A stretch of 37,727 bases of DNA, taken from contig CALXVN010000003.1 in NCBI GenBank assembly GCA_944392085.1, positions 1 to 37,727 on the forward strand, given 5' to 3'. The position numbers and the translations under genes are program-made. The number at the start of each line of letters is the position of its first letter. Position 1 is the first letter of the stretch. The DNA is from an uncultured Clostridia bacterium. GTDB taxonomy: Bacteria > Bacillota > Clostridia > TANB77 > CAG-508. Under the pieces are notes generated by a model that was given only the letters and a program-made list of their open reading frames with translations, was not told the DNA's origin and did no database searches. Shown here one piece after another: positions 18,069 through 29,251 of this stretch.

Positions 18069-21020
18069 ATGAATATAAGCGAAGACCAATATAAGATATT
18101 TAAGCAAGTGTTACATACTTTTTATCATAAAGAGCCAGAAAGCATGAATAATGCTCAGAGCAAAGTAAACAATTTAACTATAGAACCACAAATAATATAT
18201 GACACTTTTAAGAAAACTTTAAAAGCTGAATTTAAAATTGGAAATGAACAATTATACAAAATAAAAAGTTTGCCAGAATTTTTTGAAAGAATGTTAAATA
18301 ATGAAGAATATAAATATGGTTCAAAACTTGAATTTGTGCATAATAAAGATGCTTTTAGAAAAGAAAATCAAGCACTTTTGGAATTTGTCCTTAAATATGC
18401 AGAAATAATAAAATATGCAAATGAAACTGTTGGTAGTTATGGAAAATATATGAGAACTATGAGTAATGAGTATATAACTATATCAAATACAGGACTAGAT
18501 GAAATTTTTGATGTATTACAAGGAAAAAGTGTATCTTTCATAAGAGATAATTTAGAAGGAAAAATATCATTTGAAAATTCTAATCCAGAAATAAAGTTTA
18601 TTGTTAAGCAAGAAAAAAATGGAGACTATGTGCTTACACCTAATACAGATATTTTTGAATACGAAATTTTAAAAGGTTCTTTATATACATATATGCTTAC
18701 TAAAAAATCTTTAAATAGATGTGATGAAGAATTTAAAGAAACTACTCTTAAGTTATTAAATATTTATAGAGAGAATTATACTCAAGGGATAAGATTCAAA
18801 AGAGAAGAACTTCCTAAGTTTTGTTCTTTAATATATCCTAAATTAAAAAAACAAGTATCACTTGAAAACTTAGATAAAGCATTAATAAATAAATATGTAC
18901 CACAAGAATTATTTATAAAACTTTATTTGGATTATGATAAGAATAATTATATTACAGCTGAAATTAAATTTGTATATGGAACTGCAGAGTTTAATCCACT
19001 AAAAGAAGAAAATGTATTAGTAGCAAGAGATGTAGCAAAGGAAAATGAATATTTAGATATATTTGTAAATACCGGTTTTATGCTAGACAAAGAAAATAGT
19101 AGACTTATTCTAGCAAATGAAGATAAAATATACAGTTTTCTATCTCATGAAATAGAAAACTATATGCAAAAGTTTGAAGTTTTAGTAACAGATAATTTTA
19201 AACATAGAGAAATTCGCAAGCCAAAGCTTAGTGGTGTAGGGGTAAAGATAGAAAATAGTTTATTAAAAATAGATTTATCAAAAATGGACTTTGATATAGA
19301 AGAGTTAAAAAGTATAATGCAGAAATATACTTTAAGAAAAAAATACTACAGATTAAAAAATGGAAGTTTTCTTGATTTAGAAGAAAATGATACAATGGAA
19401 TTTATAAGTAGCCTATTAAAAGATGAAGAAATACAGTATAATGAGTTACAAAAAGGAGAATTAGAACTACCTATATCAAGAAGCATGTATTTAGACAAAA
19501 TTTTAGAAAAATTAGATACTAATATTTCTAAAAGTGATGAATATGTAAAATTAGTAAATCAAATTTCTAATAAAAAAATCGAAGATAAAATGGAAATTCC
19601 AAAGAATCTAAATGCAGATTTAAGAAATTATCAAGTATTAGGTTTTAAATGGCTAAAAACATTGGATAATTACAAATTTGGAGGAATTTTAGCAGATGAT
19701 ATGGGCCTAGGAAAAACACTTCAATTACTAGCAGTTATTCAAAGCTATTTAGAAAAAGAAGAAAAAACAAAACCAAGTATGGTGGTTTGCCCAAGTTCAC
19801 TTTCACTTAATTGGAAAAATGAAATAAATAAATTTACACCTAATATTAAAACTTTAGTTATACATGGTAGTGCAGAAGAAAGAAAAAAACAGATAGAAGA
19901 AATAGAAAAATATAATTTAATTATTACATCTTATGATTTACTAAAAAGAGATATAGAAGAATATAAAAAGAAAAATTATAGTTTCAAATATATAATTGCA
20001 GATGAAGCACAATATATAAAAAATAATAGTACGCAAAACGCAAAAGCAATAAAAGAAATAAAGTCTGAAACAAGATTTGCATTAACTGGTACACCAATAG
20101 AAAATTCGCTTTCAGAACTATGGTCTATATTTGACTTTATAATGCCTGGATATTTATATAGCTACAAAAAGTTTAAAGAGCTGTATGAAATGCCAATAAT
20201 AAAAGAAAATGATGAAGCCTCAATAAAAAAACTAAAAATGTTAATAGAACCATTTATATTAAGAAGAACTAAAAAAGAAGTATTAACTGAACTTCCAGAT
20301 AAAACAATAACTGTATTAAATAATGAAATGCAAGATGAGCAATTAAAAATATATATGTCATACTTAGCAAATGCTAAAAAAGAGGTAAATGAAGAAATAA
20401 AAGAAAATGGGTTTGAAAAAAGTCAAATAAAAATTTTAGCGCTATTAATGAGGTTAAGACAAATTTGTTGCCATCCATCTTTATTTATTTCTAATTACAA
20501 AGGAGAGAGTAGTAAGCTTAATCAGTGCATAGAATTATTAAAAGATGCAATAGCCTCTGGTCATAAAATTTTATTATTCTCAGGATATTCAAGTATGCTA
20601 GAAATAATAGAAAAAGAATTAAAAAAAGAAAATATAGAATATTTTAAATTAACAGGTAGTACAAAAGTTGGGGAAAGAATAAAACTTGTAGATGAGTTTA
20701 ATAATAATGAAAATATAAAAGTGTTTTTGATTTCACTAAAGGCAGGAGGAACAGGGCTTAATTTAATTGGTGCAGATGTTGTTATACATTATGATCCTTG
20801 GTGGAATTTATCTGCTGAAAATCAAGCAACAGATAGAACTTATAGAATAGGGCAAAAAAACAATGTACAAGTATATAAATTAATAACTAAGGACTCAATA
20901 GAAGAAAGAATTTATGAACTTCAAGAGAAAAAATCAAATTTAGCTAAAGTAATGCTATCAACTAAAGCGACATTTGTAAATAAATTGACAAAGGACGATA
21001 TAATGGGATTATTTTACTAA
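18069..21020 (+). CDS. Bacterial SNF2-family helicase/ATPase with SNF2-associated N-terminal domain
   Basis: LRNYQ, GILADDMGLGKT, DEAQYIKN, ALTGTPIEN, LRQICCHP, SLKAGGTGLNL, DPWWN, QATDRTYRIGQ. Confidence 0.93.
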   Translation: MNISEDQYKIFKQVLHTFYHKEPESMNNAQSKVNNLTIEPQIIYDTFKKTLKAEFKIGNEQLYKIKSLPEFFERMLNNEEYKYGSKLEFVHNKDAFRKENQALLEFVLKYAEIIKYANETVGSYGKYMRTMSNEYITISNTGLDEIFDVLQGKSVSFIRDNLEGKISFENSNPEIKFIVKQEKNGDYVLTPNTDIFEYEILKGSLYTYMLTKKSLNRCDEEFKETTLKLLNIYRENYTQGIRFKREELPKFCSLIYPKLKKQVSLENLDKALINKYVPQELFIKLYLDYDKNNYITAEIKFVYGTAEFNPLKEENVLVARDVAKENEYLDIFVNTGFMLDKENSRLILANEDKIYSFLSHEIENYMQKFEVLVTDNFKHREIRKPKLSGVGVKIENSLLKIDLSKMDFDIEELKSIMQKYTLRKKYYRLKNGSFLDLEENDTMEFISSLLKDEEIQYNELQKGELELPISRSMYLDKILEKLDTNISKSDEYVKLVNQISNKKIEDKMEIPKNLNADLRNYQVLGFKWLKTLDNYKFGGILADDMGLGKTLQLLAVIQSYLEKEEKTKPSMVVCPSSLSLNWKNEINKFTPNIKTLVIHGSAEERKKQIEEIEKYNLIITSYDLLKRDIEEYKKKNYSFKYIIADEAQYIKNNSTQNAKAIKEIKSETRFALTGTPIENSLSELWSIFDFIMPGYLYSYKKFKELYEMPIIKENDEASIKKLKMLIEPFILRRTKKEVLTELPDKTITVLNNEMQDEQLKIYMSYLANAKKEVNEEIKENGFEKSQIKILALLMRLRQICCHPSLFISNYKGESSKLNQCIELLKDAIASGHKILLFSGYSSMLEIIEKELKKENIEYFKLTGSTKVGERIKLVDEFNNNENIKVFLISLKAGGTGLNLIGADVVIHYDPWWNLSAENQATDRTYRIGQKNNVQVYKLITKDSIEERIYELQEKKSNLAKVMLSTKATFVNKLTKDDIMGLFY

Positions 21021-21220
21021 TATGATAAATATTATGTATATAACAGCAATATTGAAATTGTTTTAACAGTAAGATTTATAAATCTCTATGGAATAAAGTT
21101 ACCTTTAAAATCTGAAGTAAATAAAGATTAGATGAAGATATAATATTGAAAATTATATCTGATTACTTAAAATATTATCATATTTCAATCATAAAAATGG
21201 TGAAAAATAAAATTTGATAC

Positions 21221-21248
21221 TTGAATTTATTGAAACTTATGATATAAT
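21221..21248 (+). promoter_or_regulatory. Putative sigma-A promoter of the T-box-pheST leader
   Basis: TTGAAT-16 nt-TATAAT with extended TG. Confidence 0.6.
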
Positions 21249-21261
21249 AACTATGAAAATA

Positions 21262-21538
21262 AAAACCATTGAAAAAGCAAAGTAAGTTTATAAAAAATAT
21301 TTAAAGAGAGATAGGTCAGAGGCTGAGAGCCTATTAATATAATAAACTGAAATTTCACTTTTGAGGTTCTTTTTTGAAAAGTAATATAGATTTTTAACTA
21401 TATTATATATAATAGTAGAAAAAGACGGGTAGCCCGTTATAGCAAAAAAGAGGTTAATTATTTAATTAATAAATTTAGGTGGTACCACGGTATAGAAAGC
21501 TAATCGTCCTATAAAGTCTTAGGAAGATTAGCTTTTTT
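21262..21538 (+). ncRNA. T-box riboswitch (Phe) leader
   Basis: Stem I AGAGAG...GGCTGAGA motifs, likely specifier TTC at 21354-21356, T-box AATTTAGGTGGTACCACGG at about 21472-21490, terminator aagctaatc...gattagcttttt; upstream of pheS. Confidence 0.9.
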
Positions 21539-21541
21539 AAA

Positions 21542-21658
21542 ACAAATGAAAAGTAGCATCTTGCGTTGTCAAATCTCATAAAAATTTTTTCGATGTACAA
21601 TAGTACTATCTCAAAAATTTTTATTCATTTTCCTAGCAATATACTACTTTTGATTTGC
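21542..21658. repeat. Structured intergenic element family A, copy 1
   Basis: Long interrupted hairpin with conserved motifs GCGTTGT, TCGATGTAC-loop-GTAC, CCTAGC. Confidence 0.75.
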
Positions 21659-21724
21659 TTTAATTAAATTCTAATATTATATAATTTGAGGGAAGGTTTC
21701 TCCCTACTTTGGACAAAAGTATAG

Positions 21725-21743
21725 AAAAAGGCCTGTCCCCAAT
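21725..21743. repeat. REP-like family B single arm upstream of the pheS RBS
   Basis: aaaaaggcctgtccccaat matches the arm at 34923-34941. Confidence 0.6.
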
Positions 21744-21760
21744 CTGACAAGGAGGAAATT

Positions 21761-22798
21761 ATGGAAGAGCAAATTAGCAAAATTAAAGAGGTAGCCGTTA
21801 TGGAAATAAACAAAGCTACTGATGCAAAAGAATTGGATGAAGCAAGAGTAAAGTATTTAGGTAAAAAGGGTGAGCTTACAGCTATTTTAAGAGGAATGGG
21901 AGCATTATCTCCAGAAGAAAGACCTATTATTGGAGGAAAAGTAAATATTGCAAGAGATGAGATTGAAAGCCTAATAAAAGAAAAAGAAGCAGAGTTTGCA
22001 AAGGCAGAACTTGAAAGAAAGTTAAAAGAGGAAACAATTGATATTACATTGCCATCTACTAAAGTTAAAAGAGGAAGTAAGCATCCATTAAATAGAATAA
22101 TTGAAGAGGTAGAAGATTTATTTGTTTCTATGGGATATGATGTTGTAACAGGTCCAGAACTTGAAACAGATGAATATTGTTTTGAAAGATTAAACTTACC
22201 AAAGGGACATCCAGCAAGAGATATGCAAGATAGTTTCTATATTACATCAGAGTATTTATTAAGAACTCAAACTTCTGCAGTTCAAGCAAGAACAATGATG
22301 GCAAATGAGGAAAAAGGTTCTATAAGGGTTATATGCCCAGGTAAAACATATAGAAGAGATGATGATGCAACACATTCTCATCAATTTAGTCAAGTTGAAG
22401 GTTTAGTTATAGATAAAAATATTTCTTTAGCTGATTTAAAAGGTACTTTAGAAGTATTTGTTAGAAAAATGCTTGGGGAAAATCTTGAGCTTCGTTTTAG
22501 ACCAAGTTACTTTCCATTTACAGAACCATCATATGAGGTTGATGTAAGTTGTTTTAAATGCGGAGGAAAAGGATGTAATTTATGTAAGCAAACTGGATGG
22601 ATAGAAGTTCTAGGTTCAGGTATGGTTCATCCAAATGTATTAAAAATGGGTGGGTATGACCCAGAAGTTTATAGTGGATTTGCATTTGGTACAGGACTAG
22701 ACAGATTAGCAATGTTTAAATATGGAATTACAGATATTAGATTATTGTATCAAAATGATGTGAGATTTTTAAATCAATTCGACAGATTAGACCGATAA
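21761..22798 (+). CDS. pheS: Phenylalanine--tRNA ligase alpha subunit
   Basis: [48 protein letters not shown]. Confidence 0.98.
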   Translation: MEEQISKIKEVAVMEINKATDAKELDEARVKYLGKKGELTAILRGMGALSPEERPIIGGKVNIARDEIESLIKEKEAEFAKAELERKLKEETIDITLPSTKVKRGSKHPLNRIIEEVEDLFVSMGYDVVTGPELETDEYCFERLNLPKGHPARDMQDSFYITSEYLLRTQTSAVQARTMMANEEKGSIRVICPGKTYRRDDDATHSHQFSQVEGLVIDKNISLADLKGTLEVFVRKMLGENLELRFRPSYFPFTEPSYEVDVSCFKCGGKGCNLCKQTGWIEVLGSGMVHPNVLKMGGYDPEVYSGFAFGTGLDRLAMFKYGITDIRLLYQNDVRFLNQFDRLDR

Positions 22799-22978
22799 CT
22801 TATAATTTTTTAACTTTAATTTAACTAAAAATTAGAAGTTAAATTAAAAGATATATAGAAGAATAATAATTAGATTTAGTTAGATAAAAAATAAAAGTTA
22901 TTTATATAAGAAAATATGAGGAGTGTCCCTTTTGTCCAAGTTTTTGAACTGAAAGGAGTGTCCCTAAAGGAGGAAAAA

Positions 22979-25393
22979 ATGAAACTAAGTAAGAATTTCG
23001 TAAAAGACTATGTTGATATAGATGTAGATATTAAAACTCTTGCAGAAGATATGACAAAAGTAGGAAATGAATATGATGAAGCAGGAAAATTAATAAATGC
23101 TACAAAACTTGTAATTGGTGAAGTAAAAGAATGTGAAATGCACCCAGAATCTGACCATTTACATGTATGTAAAGTAGATGTTGGAACAGAAGTTTTAGAT
23201 ATAGTTTGTGGTGCACCAAATGTTAGAAAAGGCCTTAAAGTTATAGTTGCTTTAGTTGGTGCAGAGCTTCCAGAAATAACTATAAAAAAAGGAAACATTA
23301 GAGGGCAAGAATCAAATGGAATGCTTTGTTCTATGCTAGAGCTAGGTATGGAACATAAGTATGTAGATGAAGTAGACAAAACAGGTATACATGAATTACC
23401 AGAAGATGCACCAGTTGGAGAAGAGCCTATTAAATATATGGGATTGGATGATGAGGTAATTGATTTTGATTTAACTGCAAACAGAGGAGATTTATTAAGT
23501 ATACTTGGTATGGCTTATGAAATAAGTGCTATATATGATAAGAAAGTAAAAGAGATTGATTTATCTCATAAGGAAAATAGCGAAGATATTAATGACACCT
23601 TCAAAGTAGAAGTAAATACAGATAATTGCTCTATATTCCTAGCTAGAAAAGTAAAAAATATAAAGATAGGAGAAAGCCCAGCTTTTATAAAAAATAGATT
23701 AATAGCTTCAGGTATTAGACCAATTAACAATGTTGTAGATATAAGCAATTATGTGATGCTTGAAACAGGCCAACCACTACATTTTTATGATGCAGATACT
23801 TTGAATGGAAAAATAGAAATTAGAATGGCAAAAGAAGGAGAAAAACTTACTACACTAGATAATATAGAAAGAACTTTATCTAAAGAAGATATAGTTATAT
23901 CTGATGGAGAAAAAGCTATTGGCCTTGCTGGTGTTATGGGAGGATTAGAAACAGAAATTACTAATAACACTAAAAATGTAATTATTGAATCAGCAATTTT
24001 TGACGGAGTAAAAGTAAGAAAAACCTCAAAAGAAATTCTAAGAAGTGAAGCAAGTTCTAGATTTGAAAAAGGATTAGATCCAAATAGAACTTATATGGCC
24101 ATAGAAAGAGCTTGTAAATTATTAGAAGAATATGCTAAAGGAGAAGTTGTTGGAGGAATAGCTAAATTCGATAATTCTGATAAAGAAAATAGAAATATAG
24201 AAATATCTTTTAAGAAAATAAATGATGTTCTTGGAATGGAAATAGATAAAAAAGATGTATTAGATGTATTTAGAAGACTTAGTTTTAATGTAATAATAAA
24301 CGGAAAAGAATCTGATTTCTCAGAAACAGAGCAAGAATTAGAAAATGTAGAAGAAATAACAGTATCAGTTCCAAGAAGAAGAGGGGATATCTCTATAAAA
24401 GAAGATTTAATAGAAGAAGTTGGACGTATATATGGTGTTGATAACATTGTTGGAAAACTTCCTCAAATGCCTTTAAAAGAAGGAAGTTACGATAAAGTAA
24501 ATCGCGGAATAAGAAATAAAATGGTAGACTTAGGCTTAAATGAAACTTTATCATATATTCTAGTAAATGACAAAGAAGCAAAATATTTTACTAAAGATGA
24601 AACAGAGGTAGTTAAACTACTAGATCCAATGAGTGAAGATAGAAATACTTTAAGACATAGTATTTTACCATCTCTTTTAAAAATATATGAATATAACAAA
24701 GCAAGAAATAATAAAGATGTATCTATATTTGAAATAGGAAAAACATTTTATAAACAAGCAGAAGAGTATGGAGAACATAATAAAATAGCAGCTCTTATGA
24801 CAGGAGATTTCTATTTAGGTGTAAATAATAAAAAACAGGTAGATTTCTATGTTATAAAAGGAATTGTAGAAGAATTACTAGATTATTTAGGCTATGAAAG
24901 AAGATATAGCTTTGTTGTAAGAGAAAATCAAATGCCAGAGGAATTACATCCAGGTCAATCAGCATTAATTTCTGTAAATAATGACATAGTTGGTATAATT
25001 GGAAAAATACATCCATCCTTAGTAAAAGAAAATGTTTATGTATTTGAGATAGATTTGGATAAATTATTAGATAAAAAAGTAGGAAAAATGAAATACAAAG
25101 AATTTTCAAAATTCCCTAGTGTTAAGAAAGACTTAGCAGTAGTAGTAGATAAAAATATTACTTCAGAAGATATTATAGCATTAATCAAAAAAGCAGGAGG
25201 TTCTAGCTTAGATGGTATAGAGGTGTTTGATGTATATACTGGAAAAGGAATAGATGAAGACAAGAAGAGTATTGCATATTCATTAACATTTGAAAAAATG
25301 GATAGAACATTAACAGATGAAGAAATTAATGAAAGCTTAAATAAAATAATAGATATGCTAGAAAAAAAATTAGGTGCAGAGCTAAGAAAATAA
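22979..25393 (+). CDS. pheT: Phenylalanine--tRNA ligase beta subunit
   Basis: IVCGAPNV, SNGMLCS, TANRGDLLS, RPINNVVDISNYVMLETGQPLH, RFEKG, DLIEEVGRIYG, C-terminal FDX-ACB domain. Start moved to ATG 22979 after AGGAGG. Confidence 0.97.
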   Translation: MKLSKNFVKDYVDIDVDIKTLAEDMTKVGNEYDEAGKLINATKLVIGEVKECEMHPESDHLHVCKVDVGTEVLDIVCGAPNVRKGLKVIVALVGAELPEITIKKGNIRGQESNGMLCSMLELGMEHKYVDEVDKTGIHELPEDAPVGEEPIKYMGLDDEVIDFDLTANRGDLLSILGMAYEISAIYDKKVKEIDLSHKENSEDINDTFKVEVNTDNCSIFLARKVKNIKIGESPAFIKNRLIASGIRPINNVVDISNYVMLETGQPLHFYDADTLNGKIEIRMAKEGEKLTTLDNIERTLSKEDIVISDGEKAIGLAGVMGGLETEITNNTKNVIIESAIFDGVKVRKTSKEILRSEASSRFEKGLDPNRTYMAIERACKLLEEYAKGEVVGGIAKFDNSDKENRNIEISFKKINDVLGMEIDKKDVLDVFRRLSFNVIINGKESDFSETEQELENVEEITVSVPRRRGDISIKEDLIEEVGRIYGVDNIVGKLPQMPLKEGSYDKVNRGIRNKMVDLGLNETLSYILVNDKEAKYFTKDETEVVKLLDPMSEDRNTLRHSILPSLLKIYEYNKARNNKDVSIFEIGKTFYKQAEEYGEHNKIAALMTGDFYLGVNNKKQVDFYVIKGIVEELLDYLGYERRYSFVVRENQMPEELHPGQSALISVNNDIVGIIGKIHPSLVKENVYVFEIDLDKLLDKKVGKMKYKEFSKFPSVKKDLAVVVDKNITSEDIIALIKKAGGSSLDGIEVFDVYTGKGIDEDKKSIAYSLTFEKMDRTLTDEEINESLNKIIDMLEKKLGAELRK

Positions 25394-25510
25394 TGCGCAA
25401 TTGGGGACGTACACCTTTTGCGCATTGGATTAAATAGTATTATAATTAAGTATAATTGTGGTAAAAAATATATAAAATGCGCAAAAGGTGTACGTCCCCG
25501 ATTGCGCATT
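25392..25510. repeat. REP-like family B inverted pair (35-bp arms, 49-bp spacer)
   Basis: Arms 25392-25426 and 25476-25510 are reverse complements at 34/35 positions. Confidence 0.9.
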
Positions 25511-25528
25511 TTAGAAAGGAATATATGT

Positions 25529-26686
25529 ATGGCAAGAAACAGAAGAAATGTAAGAAGAATAAAAGGGATAAAAGATGTAATAACAAATAAAACTTTTTTA
25601 ATAATAGTTAGTATTTTGTTAGTGGTTATTTTTGCAAGTATTGGAATCAATCAGTATAGAAGATACCAAGATAAAGAAGTTATGGCAAAAGAAAGAGAGG
25701 AGCTAAATAAACAAACTCAAGAAATGTTTGCAAGTTTAAATGACAAGATTGCTCAAACAAATAAAAATATATCTGAAGCAGATAGTATAATAAAAATGTC
25801 TGCAGTAGGTGATATTTTGTGCAGTGAAGCAATGATTGAAGATGCATATAATAGTGAAAAAAATACATATGATTTTTCACACATGTTTGGAAATGTATCA
25901 AATTATATAGATGATGCGGATATTATTATGGGAACAATGGAAACAGGAATAGTATCTTCAAATTACAATGACAAAAGAGCACCTATAGAATTTGCTAAAG
26001 CAGTAAAAGAATCAGGAGTAAATCTTGTTACAATAGCACATAACCATAGCTTAGATAACGGTGTAGATGGGCTTCAAGAAACAAAAGAGAATTTGAAAGA
26101 GTTAGGAGTTGATGTTGTAGGTGATAAACTAGAAGATACAAATGCAGTTATTATTAAAGAAGTAAAAGATACAAAGATAGCATTCTTGACATATACTTGT
26201 TTGATGGATAATAAAAATCAAAGGACAAATGAAGAATTAAACTGTGTAAATATGTATAGTGAAGAACAAGCTAAATCTGATATAGAATATGCTAAAGAAG
26301 AAGGAGCAAAATATATTTGTGTAATGATACACTGGGGAGACGCAATATCTAGTAACGTAAATGATGAACAAAAACAAATTGCACAATTTTTGGTAGACAA
26401 TGGGGTAAATATGATACTAGGAGCACATCCATCAGTAATGCAAGAAATGGAAGTAGTACAAAATGAAGAAGGGAAAAATGTTTTTATAGCTTATTCAATA
26501 GGTACATATATTTCTACATTATCTGCCGAAGAAACTAGAGCAGAATTAGTTTTAAACATACAACTTGCCAAAAGTGGAAAAAGTGGAGAAATATATTTAA
26601 CTAAAGTTGATTATACTCAGTTAAATATGGTAGATAATGGAGAAAATGCAGAAAATAGATTTGTATTAAAAGCAGGAAAGGAATAG
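25529..26686 (+). CDS. CapA (PGA_cap) family membrane-anchored metallophosphatase-like protein
   Basis: N-terminal TM; AVGDIL, AHNHSLD, IHWG, GAHP, YSIG motifs. Start moved to ATG 25529 after GAAAGGA. Confidence 0.8.
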   Translation: MARNRRNVRRIKGIKDVITNKTFLIIVSILLVVIFASIGINQYRRYQDKEVMAKEREELNKQTQEMFASLNDKIAQTNKNISEADSIIKMSAVGDILCSEAMIEDAYNSEKNTYDFSHMFGNVSNYIDDADIIMGTMETGIVSSNYNDKRAPIEFAKAVKESGVNLVTIAHNHSLDNGVDGLQETKENLKELGVDVVGDKLEDTNAVIIKEVKDTKIAFLTYTCLMDNKNQRTNEELNCVNMYSEEQAKSDIEYAKEEGAKYICVMIHWGDAISSNVNDEQKQIAQFLVDNGVNMILGAHPSVMQEMEVVQNEEGKNVFIAYSIGTYISTLSAEETRAELVLNIQLAKSGKSGEIYLTKVDYTQLNMVDNGENAENRFVLKAGKE

Positions 26687-26690
26687 ATTT

Positions 26691-27995
26691 ATGAAAGTAG
26701 GATTTGTGTCATTAGGATGTAGTAAAAATTTAGTAGATACTGAAAAAACAATAGGAATTTTTAAGTCAAACGAATATGAAATTGTAAATAATCCAAAGGA
26801 AGCGGAAATTATTGTAATAAATACTTGTGGATTTATTGAATCTGCAAAAGAAGAAGCTATAAATACTATTTTAGAAATGGCAGAATACAAAAAGAAAAAA
26901 TGTAAGTACCTAATTGCCATGGGCTGCCTAGTAGAAAGGTACAAAGATGAACTAGAAAAAGCACTTCCAGAAGTGGATTTGTTTATTAAATACAGTGAAT
27001 ATAATTTTCTATGGGAACAAATAGAAAATCTACTTGGAGATAATAAAAATAAAGAAAAATATAAAGAATTTGACAAAGTGGAAGACAGAGTAATTTCAAC
27101 TGGAGATAATTTTGCATATTTAAAAATTGCAGATGGATGCAGTAATAGGTGTACATATTGTGCTATACCATACATAAGAGGACCACAAATTAGTAGAAAA
27201 ATGGAAGATATAATAAAAGAAGCTGAAAAATTAGTGGAAGAAGGATATAAGGAGCTTATACTAATAGCACAAGATACTACAAAGTATGGAATAGACATCT
27301 ATGGAAAGCCAAGACTAGCAGAACTATTACAAGAACTATGCAAATTAGAAAAGTTACATTGGATAAGATTTCTATATGCATATCCAGAAACAATTGATGA
27401 TGAATTAATAAAAGTTGTAAAAGAAAATGATAAAATATGCAAATATTTTGATATTCCAATACAACACATATCAGATACTGTTTTAAAAAGAATGAATAGA
27501 CAAAGTAATGGAAAGACAATAAGAAATTTAATTCAAAAATTAAGAAAAGAAATTCCGGAAGTAGTTATAAGAACTACAGTTATGGTAGGTTTTCCTGGGG
27601 AAACTAAAGAAGATTTTGAAGAATTATATGACTTCCTAAAAGAAGCAAGGTTTGATAAATTAGGTTGTTTTGCATATTCTAAAGAAGATGGAACGCCAGC
27701 TGCTAGAATAAAAGAGCAGATACATCCTATGACTAAGAAGAGTAGATATAATAAAATAATGAGCCTGCAACAAGAAATTTCAAAGGAAAATTTGAAAAAA
27801 CAAATAGGAAGAAATGTAGAAATCTTGATTGAAGATAAATCATTTGATGGGAAAATATATGTAGGAAGAACATATATGGATGTACCAGAAATTGATGGTA
27901 TAACATACATAAATACAGATAAAGAATTGCAAATAGGAGATTTTATCAAAGGAAAAATAATAGATGTAAGTAATTATGATTTGATAGTGAAATGA
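26691..27995 (+). CDS. rimO: Ribosomal protein S12 methylthiotransferase
   Basis: SLGCSKNLVD, INTCGFIESAKEE, YLKIADGCSNRCTYCAIP, C-terminal TRAM domain with PEIDG. Confidence 0.95.
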   Translation: MKVGFVSLGCSKNLVDTEKTIGIFKSNEYEIVNNPKEAEIIVINTCGFIESAKEEAINTILEMAEYKKKKCKYLIAMGCLVERYKDELEKALPEVDLFIKYSEYNFLWEQIENLLGDNKNKEKYKEFDKVEDRVISTGDNFAYLKIADGCSNRCTYCAIPYIRGPQISRKMEDIIKEAEKLVEEGYKELILIAQDTTKYGIDIYGKPRLAELLQELCKLEKLHWIRFLYAYPETIDDELIKVVKENDKICKYFDIPIQHISDTVLKRMNRQSNGKTIRNLIQKLRKEIPEVVIRTTVMVGFPGETKEDFEELYDFLKEARFDKLGCFAYSKEDGTPAARIKEQIHPMTKKSRYNKIMSLQQEISKENLKKQIGRNVEILIEDKSFDGKIYVGRTYMDVPEIDGITYINTDKELQIGDFIKGKIIDVSNYDLIVK

Positions 27996-28037
27996 AAGGA
28001 AAATTAAAAAGTTAAAATAATTAAATATAAGTTTGAT

Positions 28038-28078
28038 AACCAATAAATCCAACTCAATGAGAGTTGGATTTATTGGTT
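28038..28078. terminator. Perfect 18-bp hairpin after rimO, likely terminator
   Basis: aaccaataaatccaactc / gagttggatttattggtt. Confidence 0.7.
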
Positions 28079-28217
28079 GTAAATTGTCAAGCAAAAATTA
28101 ACATTTTAGTAATAAGTTAATATATAAAAATAATTTTGACTACTTAGTTTAAAAGATGAAATTTGATAATATATATGATATAATTTCATACAAAAAAATA
28201 ATTAGAAAGGAATACAA

Positions 28218-29144
28218 ATGAATTCAATAAAGATAGTAGCAAGTGGAATTTATTTGCCAGAAAATTCAATAGAAAATGCTTATTTAAATAATAAATTTAA
28301 TTTAAATGATAACTGGATATATAAAAGAACAGGTATACAAAAAAGATATTGGGCAGAAGAGGAAAGCATGTTAGAAATTGCAATTAAGTCAGTAGAAAAA
28401 ATCTTAGAAAACACAAAAATAAATATTCAACATATAGGACTTATAATGGTTGCATCTACTAAATTTGAAGATAGTATGCCAGGAATTTCATTTGGAATAC
28501 AAAAAAAATTAGATATTAAAAATTGTATGTGTATGGATTTACTAGCAGGTTGTAGTGGATATATAAATGCGATGGATATTGCAAAAAAATATGTTGAAAT
28601 AGATGAAGTTAAATATGCATTAGTAATAGGAGTAGAAAAATTATCTAAGTACATGAATAAAGAAGACATAAATACAGCAATTCTTTTAGGAGATGGAGCA
28701 GGAGCTACGCTTATAGGAAAAGCAAAAAATAAAATGTATTCAAAAAATATTGAAAGTATAGGACAGGACGGAGATATTTTAACATGTAAAGAAAATGAAA
28801 AAGTATATATGGATGGCAAGAAGATATACAAATTTGCCACAGCAAGAGTAGCTGAAAATATAAATGAATTGTTAAAAAAAGAAAATTTAAATATATCACA
28901 GATTAAATATATAGTTCCACATCAATCTAATTCAAGGATTATAGATAGCATTGCACAAAAAATTGGTGCAAAAAAAGAGCAAATGTATGTAAATATAGAA
29001 AATGTTGGAAATACATTTAATGCTAGTATACCAATTGCTTTAAATGAAATTATAGACAAAAATCTATTAAAAGAAAAAGATAAAATAATTCTAGTAGGAT
29101 ATGGTGGAGGACTTAATTTAGGAAGTATATTAATTGAAATATAA
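28218..29144 (+). CDS. fabH: Beta-ketoacyl-ACP synthase III
   Basis: WIYKRTGI, AGCSGY (Cys), GDGAGA, PHQSN (His), GNT (Asn), GYGGGL. Confidence 0.92.
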   Translation: MNSIKIVASGIYLPENSIENAYLNNKFNLNDNWIYKRTGIQKRYWAEEESMLEIAIKSVEKILENTKINIQHIGLIMVASTKFEDSMPGISFGIQKKLDIKNCMCMDLLAGCSGYINAMDIAKKYVEIDEVKYALVIGVEKLSKYMNKEDINTAILLGDGAGATLIGKAKNKMYSKNIESIGQDGDILTCKENEKVYMDGKKIYKFATARVAENINELLKKENLNISQIKYIVPHQSNSRIIDSIAQKIGAKKEQMYVNIENVGNTFNASIPIALNEIIDKNLLKEKDKIILVGYGGGLNLGSILIEI

Positions 29145-29251
29145 ATTTTTCGACCGTTTGGTTAGGTATAATGCAATGGAATAAGATATATGATATAATG
29201 CTCTATGAAAAGTTAATTTACATTAAATGTAAAATAAGGAAAGGACAAAAT

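Noticed and set aside
22800-22915. AT-rich hairpin between pheS and pheT as an ncRNA
   Set aside because: It has low complexity, occurs once, and has no recognisable motif.
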